A stretch of DNA of 63,587 nucleotides, counting the filler, from Choristocarpus tenellus KU-1152 (taxonomy: Eukaryota; Protista; Phaeophyceae): the NCBI GenBank assembly GCA_964200185.2. It is 10 parts of 10 records of this genome, joined end to end, with 100 filler letters (N's around TTAATTAATTAA, not from the genome) between each part and the next. Parts side by side here need not be neighbours in the genome. Positions count along the whole stretch, not along the records: positions 40,349 to 43,032 come from CAXNAD020025678.1; positions 43,133 to 47,028 come from CAXNAD020017287.1; positions 47,129 to 57,572 come from CAXNAD020002925.1; 7 more parts are not named here. One strand, written 5' to 3'. The notes beneath the pieces were generated by a model. That model was not told the origin of the DNA, made no database searches, and worked only from the letters and a program-made list of their open reading frames with translations. Positions 40,801-53,100 of this stretch are shown here, piece by piece (within the stretch, counting starts at the first letter, position 1; each line of letters begins with the position of its first letter). The translations under genes were made by a program, and so were the position numbers.

Positions 40801-42342
40801 ATGATGAGAACACTTGGATTGCTTTTAATTTGTCACTCAGCGGTCGGGTTCTTGGAGTTTGGAGTGTGGAGAGGTTCAGTCTCGAGCGTGCAATCCCCCG
40901 TAAAACCTACTCGATTCATACCAAGGTGAGCATGTACGTTGATTGTGCTACGGTAGTATGAGCGCAATGTTGGCTTTAACTCTAACAGGTACATTTGCAT
41001 TATTGATATACGCTAATAAGGCTCGATAGTAGTAGTAGCGATGGTTTCTGCTGTTTTGGGGGGTGTATGTACAAGACAGGTTGCTTGTGCTGAGTTCTGG
41101 TAGTGCCTCAATCCTAGGGAACACTATGTCCTTGCTGTGTTCCTGTTTATTCTTCTGGATTAGCATTGCATTTTGTGACTGCGGAAGTCCCTTATAGTTG
41201 TGGAGGAAGTGATGATTGAAACTGCACATTGTTTCTAATTTTATTAATTTGCGTTGTTCAGCATGTCGGACTCCCCTTCGTCCTCACCTCCACTCCTGGG
41301 AAATGGTCTTGTTCTTGGGGGAAATCGTGGCCTGGGACTGGAGATAGTAAAGCATTTACAGGTCAATGGAGCGAAGGTTCTTGCCACGGCGCGGAAGAGT
41401 AACGCAGACCTTGAGGTAAACCAGACTGAAATATCCTGTCCTCATTGAAGAATTGATATCAAATTATGTTAGGAAAGATTTTGGGACCGTGATACACTTC
41501 CGTCATTCTGAAGTTTTGATATTGTTCTGACGCAGGGCCCCTGTCTCACATGTAGTGCATGTTCTCCCAGTGGGAGGCATGTTACCTTCTTGGGCATTTT
41601 GTGCTTACACTCTTTTCTCATTCACCTTAGCGACACTGGGCTGTTCCTTTTTGTCGAGGAGGTATGTAGACTTTGAACATTCGTTATCAGTCTGTGCCTC
41701 CTTGCGTTATGCGCATGGCCAGTGGGAAAGGTCTTCCTGACAGTTTTCGGGTTCCAAAACGCATCGTTTTGCTCCCGCTCAACACTGCAAAAATCTTTTG
41801 CGAAAAATGATCTCTCCTCATAGTTACTTCTTTGCTCTTTAGTAGTAGTAGTAGTAGTAGTAGTATAGTCGCTCTCATCCAACAGGCTATATTATATGCT
41901 AGATTTAAAGACTACAGTGCACCCTTACTCCGGGAAAATGTGTTCGGTGCTCAACCGTTCTTCTCAATGGCAGTCATTTTAGTGGTCCAATAATAGAGCT
42001 AGTTCATCATTGGGTGAGGGAAAGACCTAGACCTTCACTGTCTCTCCCGGACCATTTTGGTATGACAGGTTTAACCAGGATGTCTTGCGTAGGTTTCTCC
42101 ATCATTCTTAAATCAATAACCTTGATAGAGCAACACCAAGGGTGAAGTGTACTCTGTGAACCCAACACACTCCACACCCCACACCCCACAAAATCTCTGG
42201 TGTGATGGGTGCAGGCAACAGGAGCCACAGTGATTGAAGACATCGATATTGCACAGGAATCTGCTGGGACAAAGGTTGTTACAGCGGTAAAGGATGCCCT
42301 GGCGGAGAATGGCACTCTTGACTTCATCGTACTGGTGGCCGG
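40801..42342 (+). CDS. Short-chain dehydrogenase/reductase (CsgA/C-factor-like), probably plastid-targeted, 5' part
   Basis: Exons 40801-40925, 41262-41415 and 42215-42342 give MMRTLGLLLICHSAVG|F (signal peptide plus Phe), the Rossmann motif VLGGNRGLGLEIV, then ATARK, VIEDID and LDFIVLVAG (the NNAG position). Confidence 0.82.
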
Positions 42343-43032
42343 GTGCGTGCGTGTGTAAGCAAGGACCGCTTTAGTGTTTTTTCCCATGTTTTTAGCATCT
42401 TGTCTCCTTTTTTTCTTTTTCTTATCGGATATCTAGGTTTAAGGTTAGGGCATAATTATATTTTAATTTCTTGGCAGGGGTGGTTCAATTTTAGGAGACA
42501 AGGAGGTATTGCGCAAGTCGTTACCTGTCATGTGTTGGGTATTGGGGGTAGAAATTTGGTGAGGATGTGGGGTCTTGGCCATCTCCGTCGGTTTTATTGA
42601 GGGTGTGCCCAGCTTAGATTTTGAAAAAAAATTGTGATCCAAACCCATGCAGCTATTGAGGGTGTTTCATCATCTGACAACTCTCTTGTCACCACTACTG
42701 CATTTGGGAGTTTAGAGGTGGGATGGTGGTGGCGGTGAAGACCTCATCAGTTTGCACACCCCTTGTCTGTTTTTTTTTCTCGTGATACTGATTTAGAGCC
42801 AGTATCAACAGTGCAAACTATTTATTCCTTTAGATTAATGCACTGCTTTCTGCTGGATTGTTGTCGGGATGTGTTTTACCTTTTTTGGTTGTATGACTAT
42901 GGTAATAATAATAGTAGTAGTGATGATAATAATAATGGTAGGTGGTACCCCAATGCTATTACCGTGTACAGCACTCCACGCCTCTCCTATCCCCTCCAAG
43001 TCGGTCTCCCATGCCTAACGCCTCCTCTCCCT

Positions 43033-43132
43033 NNNNNNNNNNNNNNNNNNNNNNNNNNNNNNNNNNNNNNNNNNNNTTAATTAATTAANNNNNNNNNNNN
43101 NNNNNNNNNNNNNNNNNNNNNNNNNNNNNNNN
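43033..43132. other. Artificial contig linker
   Basis: N44-TTAATTAATTAA-N44. Confidence 0.99.
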
Positions 43133-43335
43133 CCCCCCCCCCACACCCCAAAAAACGCCCTCCTCTTTCTCCCCCCCTCCCTCCCCCCCCCCCCCCCCCC
43201 CCAGTAAGAAAGTCACAACACCACAACACGATATCCTCTCGAACACAACAATATAGTGCCTCCATGAAAAGGCGGCCCCTCAATATCTTCAAACCTACAC
43301 ATACTACCCCTCCCCCCCACCAACATTCGACTGAC

Positions 43336-43787
43336 CTTGAACATGACGGTATGTGTCTTTTCATTGGGCTTGATCCCCCTTGAAATCATCTCTTCATAGA
43401 TCGACTCTGCCCTCATCCAGCTGTTGGGTCTCAACCTCTGCTCCACCTCAGCTTTTGCCCCAGTGAGGAGGGTGGTGTATGTGATCACATCCGGCTCTAT
43501 TTTAGCAAGGCGCATCTCCTCGTGAATTTTAAGTGCCTCATCCAGCTAAAAGGAGGAGGTAGCAGTAGTAATAATAATAATAATAATACCAAGGATACAA
43601 CCCAAATCATTATGCACACAGACGTTAGTTAGATTGAAGTTGGGGTGGGTTGCCTGCACACACATATGTTGTAATTGTCACACAAGAGATTTAAAGTCTA
43701 CATATCGGCAGGTGCAAATGAGTCAATCTATGTCATTAAAGGATAGGGATATTTTAAATACACATCAACACATACAACATTGCATCG

Positions 43788-43820
<33 letters not shown>

Positions 43821-45879
43821 CTGGTGTACCTTAAACATAATAAATATATACATTGTACCAACCAAAGACATTCAATTGTGAACTGACTCCACAACAACTA
43901 TTACACCATGAATAGTAATTCCAAAACGCATTTCTGAGACAGAGGAACCTGTTTGGTGTTTGGTGTTTGGTTTAACAATCTTAGACTCAAACTTGTGATC
44001 CTGAAAACTCAATCCAGTCAATTTGGAAACTTGAAAAAGTGGATGAACAATAAAATTAGTAAGACAATTTCACTTTGACTGAAAAGGTGAAAGGTGTTTT
44101 TTTTTCATTTTTTAACCAAATTTTCTATCGGAGTTGAACCCACAGCAAAGTAAAGTATCCTCTAACCCTAACCCTAATAACAATAATTGTCATAATACCA
44201 ACTCCCCTCTTCTAGTGTAAATCTGGTAAGGCGTACATATATGATAAAATAAAACAGGTTTGTAGTCGCATGATGTCATGTCTAGGCAAAGGCCAAGGTC
44301 GTAAGAGTACAAAATGTATACATAAAGTTAAAGAGGTGACAAGAGTATAAAATGTATACATAAAGTTAAAGAGGCGACAAGATTACAAAATGTATACATA
44401 AAGTTAAAAAGGAAACAAGATCGACATGATGTTGAATTGAAATTATGGTTTAAAAATAAGTGCGGATACATAAATAAATAAATAAATAATACATATTAAG
44501 GTCATAGCGAGGTTAGGTAATATCTACATAATGTTTGAGATTATATCAGTAGATCAGTAGATCAATGATTAGGGTCATTTTACATACACATACTAGGTGT
44601 CTCTACATACATGAGGGATCCAATTACAGGCTGTCTACACCGTTATGTTACATGATACCATGGTTCCCAAACCAGGCAAGCTAAGTTAGAAAGGCTTCAT
44701 ACCAGAGGTGTCACCAGAAAGATTGAAAGACGATTAGCATAGTAGCCCCTGCCACAGTTCCTAACCCTAAACACTATAAATGATGTAATTGTATCGTAAA
44801 CAATACTATAAAATAAATAATGTAATCACAGTATTAACGGTATACCACACTATAAATAAAATTACTGTCTGAGCAACTCTTCATTGATTCTTAGTCAACA
44901 ATGCTGTGCACTATGTAGAGTATCACAGTATCATACATCTCCTCTAACATTCAGCATCAGTCTGAAACAACTTGTGGGAAGGAAAAGACACCACATTGGG
45001 AAGGCATTTTTATGCATGAATAACAGGCAGTGGGTGTAGAACAGAATAGGTAGAGTAAGTCAAATTTAAATAATTATTATTTAAATTTAAGTCACTATAT
45101 TTTTCTTATTCCAGAAGACCACCTAAAAAATACAGAACATCTAATACCATCATGACCACCTACAGCCTGCCCCACCAACCATTGAGCCTGAAATTGAAGA
45201 AAGAAATTGACGGAATGATATACCATATATACTGTATCACATTTCAATATCACATTCCAATGCTAACTGACTGGGATGCAGCCAAAAAAATGAACTTGGC
45301 AGTTCAAACCCTGCAAAAGGCCTAGACCTGCATCTGTCTTCAGAGTGCCAAAATCAAACTAACTATAATATATTTTATTTTTGCCATACCTTTCTACTCC
45401 CTTCAGACCCCTCCACTAACAGGTGACTCACAACTCACTTCCCCCTTGCCCTGCCACATAAATGCACCCTTGCTCAAAATTCTCTGACACAAGCATCAAG
45501 TGAGATGCACCAAGCCCCACATTGGCGGACTGGCTCTATTGGCACCAAATGCTGTCGATCGCTTAATTTTTTTTTGAACACAACGAGCATGTGATTTAAT
45601 ATCGAAAGACATGAAACCACAGTTAAAAAAAAAACTTTAAAAAAGAAAAAAAAACTCTATATCCAATTCCTTTGCACTTTTAAACCCCCCTCTCTGTAAC
45701 TCTCTCTCTCACCTTCACCATGCGTATCAATGCACCCATGACTGTGTTATACACCACCCGGTTTGGTGTAACGCCGTCTGATGGCATCTCCCGAAGTATA
45801 CGTAAGCACGTCTCCCAATCCCCTGCCAAACCCAAACCCCTAAGGATGCTAGCGTACGTGTATTGGTCCACCTGTACCC
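43336..45879 (-). CDS. Pentatricopeptide repeat (PPR) protein, two internal exons
   Basis: Exons 45879-45713 and 43545-43336 splice to TYASILRGLGLAGDWETCLRILREMPSDGVTPNRVVYNTVMGALIRMVK|LDEALKIHEEMRLAKIEPDVITYTTLLTGA...AESIYEEMISRGIKPN. These are consecutive 35-aa P-type PPR motifs. Confidence 0.9.
44303..44420. repeat. 38-bp minisatellite x3
   Basis: Unit AAGAGTAYAAAATGTATACATAAAGTTAAAGAGGYGAC, with a more diverged third copy. Confidence 0.85.
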
Positions 45880-47028
45880 CTGAACCAACCAATCAACAGG
45901 GTAAGAGAGTCAGTCCTAAGTGAGACTAAGTGAGACGAGGCGGTCGAGAAGATGGGGAAAGCAAATTTAAAAAAGTCAATTTTTATTATTTTTATTTTTT
46001 CTAGGCGGAGTGTTAATTAGAGAGAGTCTGACTCAATTACTTTTCACCTCCTTCGACAAAAAAAATAAAAAATAAACACTACTCAATTACATGCATTACT
46101 TTTTTTACCTTGCCAGTGTTGTTCATTGAACGCATCATTCTGATCACGAAGCAGGATGAGTTGGGGACAGGTTCCACTTTGGGACCTGGTCGCCAGTGCA
46201 CTGATGCACTGATGCAGATAACGCATGCATTTTTGTGCATTTGAGTGCGTTTTGCATGCCACGATTGGATAGGTATTGATACCGAGGATGCTCATGGTGA
46301 CCAATCATAGACACAGACCCAGACACACATACACACACAAAGATCAGTGTGTGTACAAACAGTGAGTGCCGACGCCTCCACGTATATCTTGAAATAATAA
46401 AAAAACTAGTGCAGCCTGTTTTTTGTTTTTTTTGTATCATTCTCAACCAACCAGAGATTATCCCTATAACCCTGATGAGATGTAATAACTAAACTGTCAA
46501 GTCAGGCAGTCAATCGGTGGTGATTGGAAGGTTGATGCCTGGTGCTGCATCATGCATGTGTGTGTCAATTTATCAATTCGAATAGCATTTTGATTCATAA
46601 AATTACTATGTTTTTTTTTTTCAACAAAGTACTTACTGTAGTATTTAAAGAAATAAAATGTAAGTATTGAATAGTATCTATAATAGAAGAGAACAAGAAC
46701 CAAACGATCCTTGAATTAAACAAACTCTCTACAATCCTCAGCAGAGGTATTGGGCCCCAGCACATATAAAACAAATTATAGAGGAGTATATGTAATAATA
46801 ATAATAATAATAATAAAGAAGAATAACAGCCAGCCTGCAAACTTAAAAATCATTGATATTCAGTTGCAGCAGGAGGTTATATGGTACAGTATCATATCTC
46901 TATTCCTATCAAGCAAGGTGCTGGAAGGTGCTCCTTGTCTCAACTTGACCCAATCCACAAGATTATGTGTACATGTGATAACAACCCCTCCCTTCTCTCC
47001 CTCCCCCCCCCCCCTCCCGGAAAAACAC

Positions 47029-47128
47029 NNNNNNNNNNNNNNNNNNNNNNNNNNNNNNNNNNNNNNNNNNNNTTAATTAATTAANNNNNNNNNNNNNNNN
47101 NNNNNNNNNNNNNNNNNNNNNNNNNNNN
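47029..47128. other. Artificial contig linker
   Basis: N44-TTAATTAATTAA-N44. Confidence 0.99.
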
Positions 47129-50100
47129 GTATCTCTAGAGGAGGGAGCGGACCTCCATCTCTTGGGTTCAGCCCTTGTGCCACCCACTCAAGAACTTGTC
47201 GTGTAGTACAGGCCCAACGTGTGATGGTGTCTGTGGTGAAATCATTGACATCGCGCTGGGCAAAGTACCTTGGCATAACGTCCACTGAGTGGTTCTCCTT
47301 TTGCAATGGGTTAGGGTTAGGGTTAGGGTTAGGGTTAGGGTTAGGGTTAGAATGACAGTAATTAGTTGCTGCATTGGGTTCAGGATTAGGGTTAAGGAAG
47401 GGGAAATAGCAAGGTTAAGACCTATCGAGGACCCACTGCTTCCTGTTTTATAGTCATCATCCACAAGTTGACCAAGTGTCATCAAATCCAGGTACTGTAT
47501 TTTGAGGTGGGCTAAGTTTTTGTTGACTACTTAGATGCTACCGTACCACCGAGTTGGTCCAATAATAGGACCAACTACACTAGCAGTGAAGTAGTAACTC
47601 AATACCTTTGCTACCCCCATGCACTAAAGTAGTCGAGCAATTCCCTCCCCTTGAGTCCATTACTTCAATCCCCTCCCCCATCAGTCTATCTCCATCCTCC
47701 TGTAGTAGGGAGTTGGGAAAGCATTGGAGCCCCTAACCTTTATTTTGGTAACACAATGGATACCTTAGTGTACAAAGAATGACAAATTTTTCTCATAGCA
47801 TGTGACAACATTAGGCCTCTGCTCTCTGTTAACCTGCAGTCTTCCACAATATGTTTCTCAATGCAATATCACTCAAGCTATAGTTATGAGCCCAACATAT
47901 ATTGGCTTCGGAAAGTCTGTCCTTCAAACATTTCACCACAAATACCGCACCCAACAAGATCCAACCCTCCAAGTGTTGAACTAAGAACAGTAGTAACAAT
48001 GATTCGGTGACCACTCCAGCAATACTTCAAAATATGTCTCCTCAACAATATCTCCATTATTTCAATTCCATCACGTATTCCCTTGAGCCAATCAGATGCA
48101 CATGTACCATAACACCCAATACCTAAATCATACTACTATCAAAAATAGAAATTCAAAAACACTATCCAGTGTCGTCAAACTCATGAAGTACATCTAGTTC
48201 TTACAACCATTATTGTTCTTCATAAAATCGTTCTTAAAACAACTGTTCCAATAGTCGCTACAGGATCTCACCCGCCAATATCGCCGCGTCTTGTCGTAGA
48301 AGTCACCCTGACTACTGAGGTAGTGATTGATACGGATATCTTTGAGAGAAGCCATACTGCAGTTGCAGTCCTTCACATTGTGCATTGAAGGAAGGTCCTT
48401 GACCTCGCTCTTTTCTTCATCCTCAGACCGAAGGTTGACAACCACCTAGCGATAAGAGATGATTCAATACAATGATGAAGCATGTATGTATGGCATGATA
48501 ACACAAGCAACCAAGGAAAAGAGTGAGGACCAAGAATGAGAAAAGCACTCCTAGGTATGCGTTTAGACACTATGTAAAATTGACAACACCAATTCAAACG
48601 GATTAAACACAAATAGTATTCGAGACGGATTGTAATTCACAACAGCACGATAACAACATAAAATTATCACACAAAAGTACATACACACAATGGTGGTACC
48701 TCAGAGTCGAAGTATCTTCGAGGGTAGGGCCGCGTCCATTTGGGGGCCAAATCCAATGTTGCGATTTTGATGTGATTTTGGCTATTGTGTTTGTTAGGAA
48801 GTGTCAATATCCTTGTTCCAGACACACGTTTCATAACGTATACAAGTTTAGAACCCATGGGAAGCCAAACCCCAAATGGATAAACAGGGCCAAACTCATA
48901 CCCTCTAAGAAAATTTCATTCTCAACAAATATCAATCAACAGTAACAAACATGAAATAGCCACATAGTAGTACTAACATAGAAATGGTATAGAATATTCT
49001 AGGAACCGAAAACAATTCAAAGAACTGCACTCAATACTGTCACTTCTACCGTAACTGTTGTATGTAGTAGGTAGGTAAGACCATGGGAGTTGTCAAAAGA
49101 GACTAGGAGGCATTTGGTGTATTTTGAACAAACAACACTCCAAAACAATACATCAATTCTTGCATGGAAAAACAAGCCTTCTAAAAAACACAGACAGCGC
49201 TTGGCCAGCACTGAAAGAGAACCAACACATTTCTTGGAAGGAGTTATTTACTTCATCTATACCATGCAAATACTTCACTTCACTAACATAAGAACAACTA
49301 CACTATCACTAGGGTTAGGGTCAGGTTGATGGGCGGTGAAGGGGAAACGAGGTGTATGATCCTCCTCTTTTAGTAGTACTGCCAACCAAGACTATAATAA
49401 CGACTGCAATACTGGCCAACGCAGTTATTGTACAGCTAATGTATCAGTAGTATAACGGTATCATTACTGCTATATTTAAACACATGGAAGGATAAATGTG
49501 ATGTGTGAACCAACAAACGACCAACATACCAAAAAAATGAATTATCCTTACACTTAACTGACTCATCACACCCTCTCATAGAATATGTATATATATATTC
49601 TATGAAGAACTGAAAAAGAAAGCTCTTGCTTGAAATCAACCTCACCTTGGGTAGGCGGTTTATGACGTGGTCCATTGGATTCCCGTGGGTAAGGTAGTTT
49701 TCAATGACCAGACCTCTGGGTGTCTCTTTGTGCCCTCCACTGCCATACTGCACTCGATGCACCTATTCTCAAGGGTTGTATTGGGAGTAGTAACGTAAGT
49801 ATCACCTCTCAAGATTAACGCTCTCTTTGAACCACATTTTTAAAGAAGGAAAGAAACAAGAGCCATATCGCCCTGTCACCCACTATCCAACAGTAGCAGT
49901 CAAATGACTTCACATTAGTATCACTCTACCAAGTGCAAGGGATAGGCTCAGTAAGAAATGTGAAAAGCATAATTTCATTTAAGAGGAGCTATTCCTGAGA
50001 GCACAGGGTTAGGGTTAGCTTTATACTCCCTAAATCATTAATATCTAAGGCAATCAAACAAACACACCATGTGCAAAACATGTATATACTGTATATAACA

Positions 50101-53100
50101 TATATACATAGATAGCAAAACATGTATATACTGTATATAACATACATACATAGATAGCAAACCATGTATATACTGTATATAACATATATAAGCATAGATA
50201 GCAAAACATGTATATACTGTATATAACATATATACATAGATAGCAAAACATGTATATACTGTATATAACATATATACATAGATAGCAAAACATGTATATA
50301 CTGTATATAACATACATACATAGATAGCAAAACATGTATATACTGTATATAACATATATAAGCATAGAAGGCCGGAATGCCTTCGAACCAAAGTATCTTA
50401 GGGTTAGGGTAGAGCCGTGCTTGTTTGGGTTCATAAATCCAACGTTGCAATATTGATGTAATTTAGGCCATCGTGTTTGTTAGGAAGTGTCCATATCCTT
50501 GTTCCGGACACAAATTTTGATAACATAGCCTAACCCTAACCCTAACCCTAACCTACTCCGTAACATTTCATTTCGGAGTAGGAAAATGTCATTAAAAAAA
50601 AAACCTGTGGGAAACCAAGGCCCAAATGGACAAAACAGGGCAAAACTCTAAGATAAACTCTAAGATACTTTCACCATAGTATGGGGATATATATAGTCCA
50701 GCCAACTTAAAACCATATGTCAAACATCCACTCAAAGCCCCCTCTGGATGGTGGATTGGGTTCACTCTACACCATTCAGAAACGTAGCAATGTGTAACAC
50801 TCCCTAAAATGACCTAAAAATATGATATACTTGCACTGGACCAATCAGAACAGCACGTGGTACACCAAGAATTTTCTCGTGAAGAGTAGGCCCTGTTGGA
50901 CGTGTCAATGCCAGCAATCCAACAATATCTACCAAGTACTACCCTAGGACGGATCAAAAGGGATACATGTAGTCACCCTAGGTAATCCGCACAGTAGATG
51001 ATACGGTCTGATACATGTAGTCACACATGACTTGCTAACACGTACAGACAGACACCCATGTCCGGGATTCAATTTCATCCTTCCATTGCTCACTATTTTC
51101 TTTTTTAGCAAGGGTACACACTTCACCGTTGCTAGTCTTAAAAAACGATGTAGGGCACAATGAGTGAAAATTCACAAAGACGATCTCAGTCATCGACTGA
51201 AGGAATTGTAAGAATGACTCCCTCAAACAGCAGGTGCGATCCTTAAAACGACCCTTGAGACACTCAAATCTGAACTCAAAAGGCTCATGAATAAAACTAC
51301 AACCACATCCCTGAACCCAAACCCTACAGCGAGGTATTTAAAGTGGAGCAATTATACTAAGGAAATGGCCCTTCAATCTAAACTAACCCAAGCACAACCC
51401 CCTTCACTTTCAAATCAAGGTTTTTCGACAAATCCCACCCCAACCAGATCTAACCCTAACCCTAAAAACTGCACAGAGAAGCATCACAGGGACGGAAAAG
51501 ACTCTATCAACACAATGACAACAAAAATCTCCGAAGCCCTAACGCTAGTCTTCACAATCTGTGGATGTAACCCTAACCCTACTTCTTTCACCAACATAAA
51601 CTTTCTTGACACACCTCTTGATGTCCTTGAAACGAAAAAGGAAATCTCCACCAGGTGTCATTATTAATTGTATAATAGTTGAGAAAAGAAAAATGCACCA
51701 TTGGTATAATAGTTGAGAGATGTAGCGAAGACATGAGGATAAACACACCCTTTTTTCTTTATTGTGCGAATAGCTTCATTGCATTGGCCAATCATACTTG
51801 CTGGACAAAAAGATCAAAAGAGGTGTACCTCATACGAACCAAGAAATGTGCCTATAGACCTGTCAAGTGATGCATTTTTTCATTTTTTTCGTAGTATTAT
51901 ATGCAGGTGAACTCCTCTAGTCCATGTTGTTCCCTCAACTCATAACTTTCCATAAAAAAAAGAATTGCACTGAATCTTTTCATTTTGTGAGGTCCTGTCC
52001 TCCACTACTCATGTTCCCATAAAACCTTAACCCTACCCCCAATTTCAATTCTACTAGGACAGCGATCCCAACATCGATACTACGTACTAGACAAAATATA
52101 GGTATAACTCTGTGCAACAATGGAAAACAAATTTTTGTTTGCATCAACAAGTACCGGCATTGGACTATCAAACAGCCTCCAAAATGTTGCCACGTAAATG
52201 AAATGCACAGTGGCGATATTTGGGTCCAGAGCAACACACAGCTTTGACCAAGCACAGCAATTCACAGTACAGCCTTACTCCATCACATAGATAAGCAGTC
52301 ACAGTGCATTATGGTGCATCCAAGGTCTTCCACATTAAAGCACTTGTGGTCCAAGTCTTCTCAGAATTTTCTCAGAATTTTCTCAGAATCTTCTATCTTA
52401 TCACCAAGCATACACCTCCTGGGAAATGTAGCAGCGCGGGTATCCCGAAATATTTGAAATTTCCTTCAAGCTACTGCCTAACCAGCCACCAATGTAATCC
52501 AATTCACCCCTGAGAAGACTGTTGCTTTTACTGCCTTGAAGGACCCCAGCTATTACAACCCTGACCCGTACACTGCGGTCACATATTATAACCCTAACCC
52601 TGGCGCATTCCAAACAAGGCCACTATTTCCTCAACAAAATCCTAGAAAAGAGAACATTGTGCTAAAAATTGTACCTAATCTCAACAGACAGATACTACGT
52701 GATCACCACATCTCAAGGTCAATCTGATGCACCTATTACATTTATTACTAAACCAGCACTGCAGTATGCTGCAAAATGTCCAAAACCATAGGTACATTGC
52801 CACACAAAGGTAAGCTTCTTCGCATGAGGAGATGGTTTGAAGTACTGTACACACTAAGACGTTGCTACTAGTATACATGAAGTGGTAGTCATGTACAAAG
52901 CAAAATAATGAGTCTGATGCAGTAGCTTAGTGATGGACCGGGACATTAGAATACAGTGATGTTCAAATGATATTCTAGGACAAATTTCAGTTGATCTACT
53001 GAATTGCATGAAAGCGTGATTATGGAGACTAGCCCTTCGCCGTAACTTCATGAAATACATTCAAAATCATCTTACCCTCGGTAAAGCAAGCACACTCTCT

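Noticed and set aside
45062-45088. AT-only 27-nt palindrome
   Set aside because: Low complexity, and expected by chance in AT-rich intron DNA.
47883-47894. GTTATGAGCCCA resembling a half-tRNA-iMet Copia primer-binding site
   Set aside because: No recognisable LTR end upstream and no gag/pol downstream.
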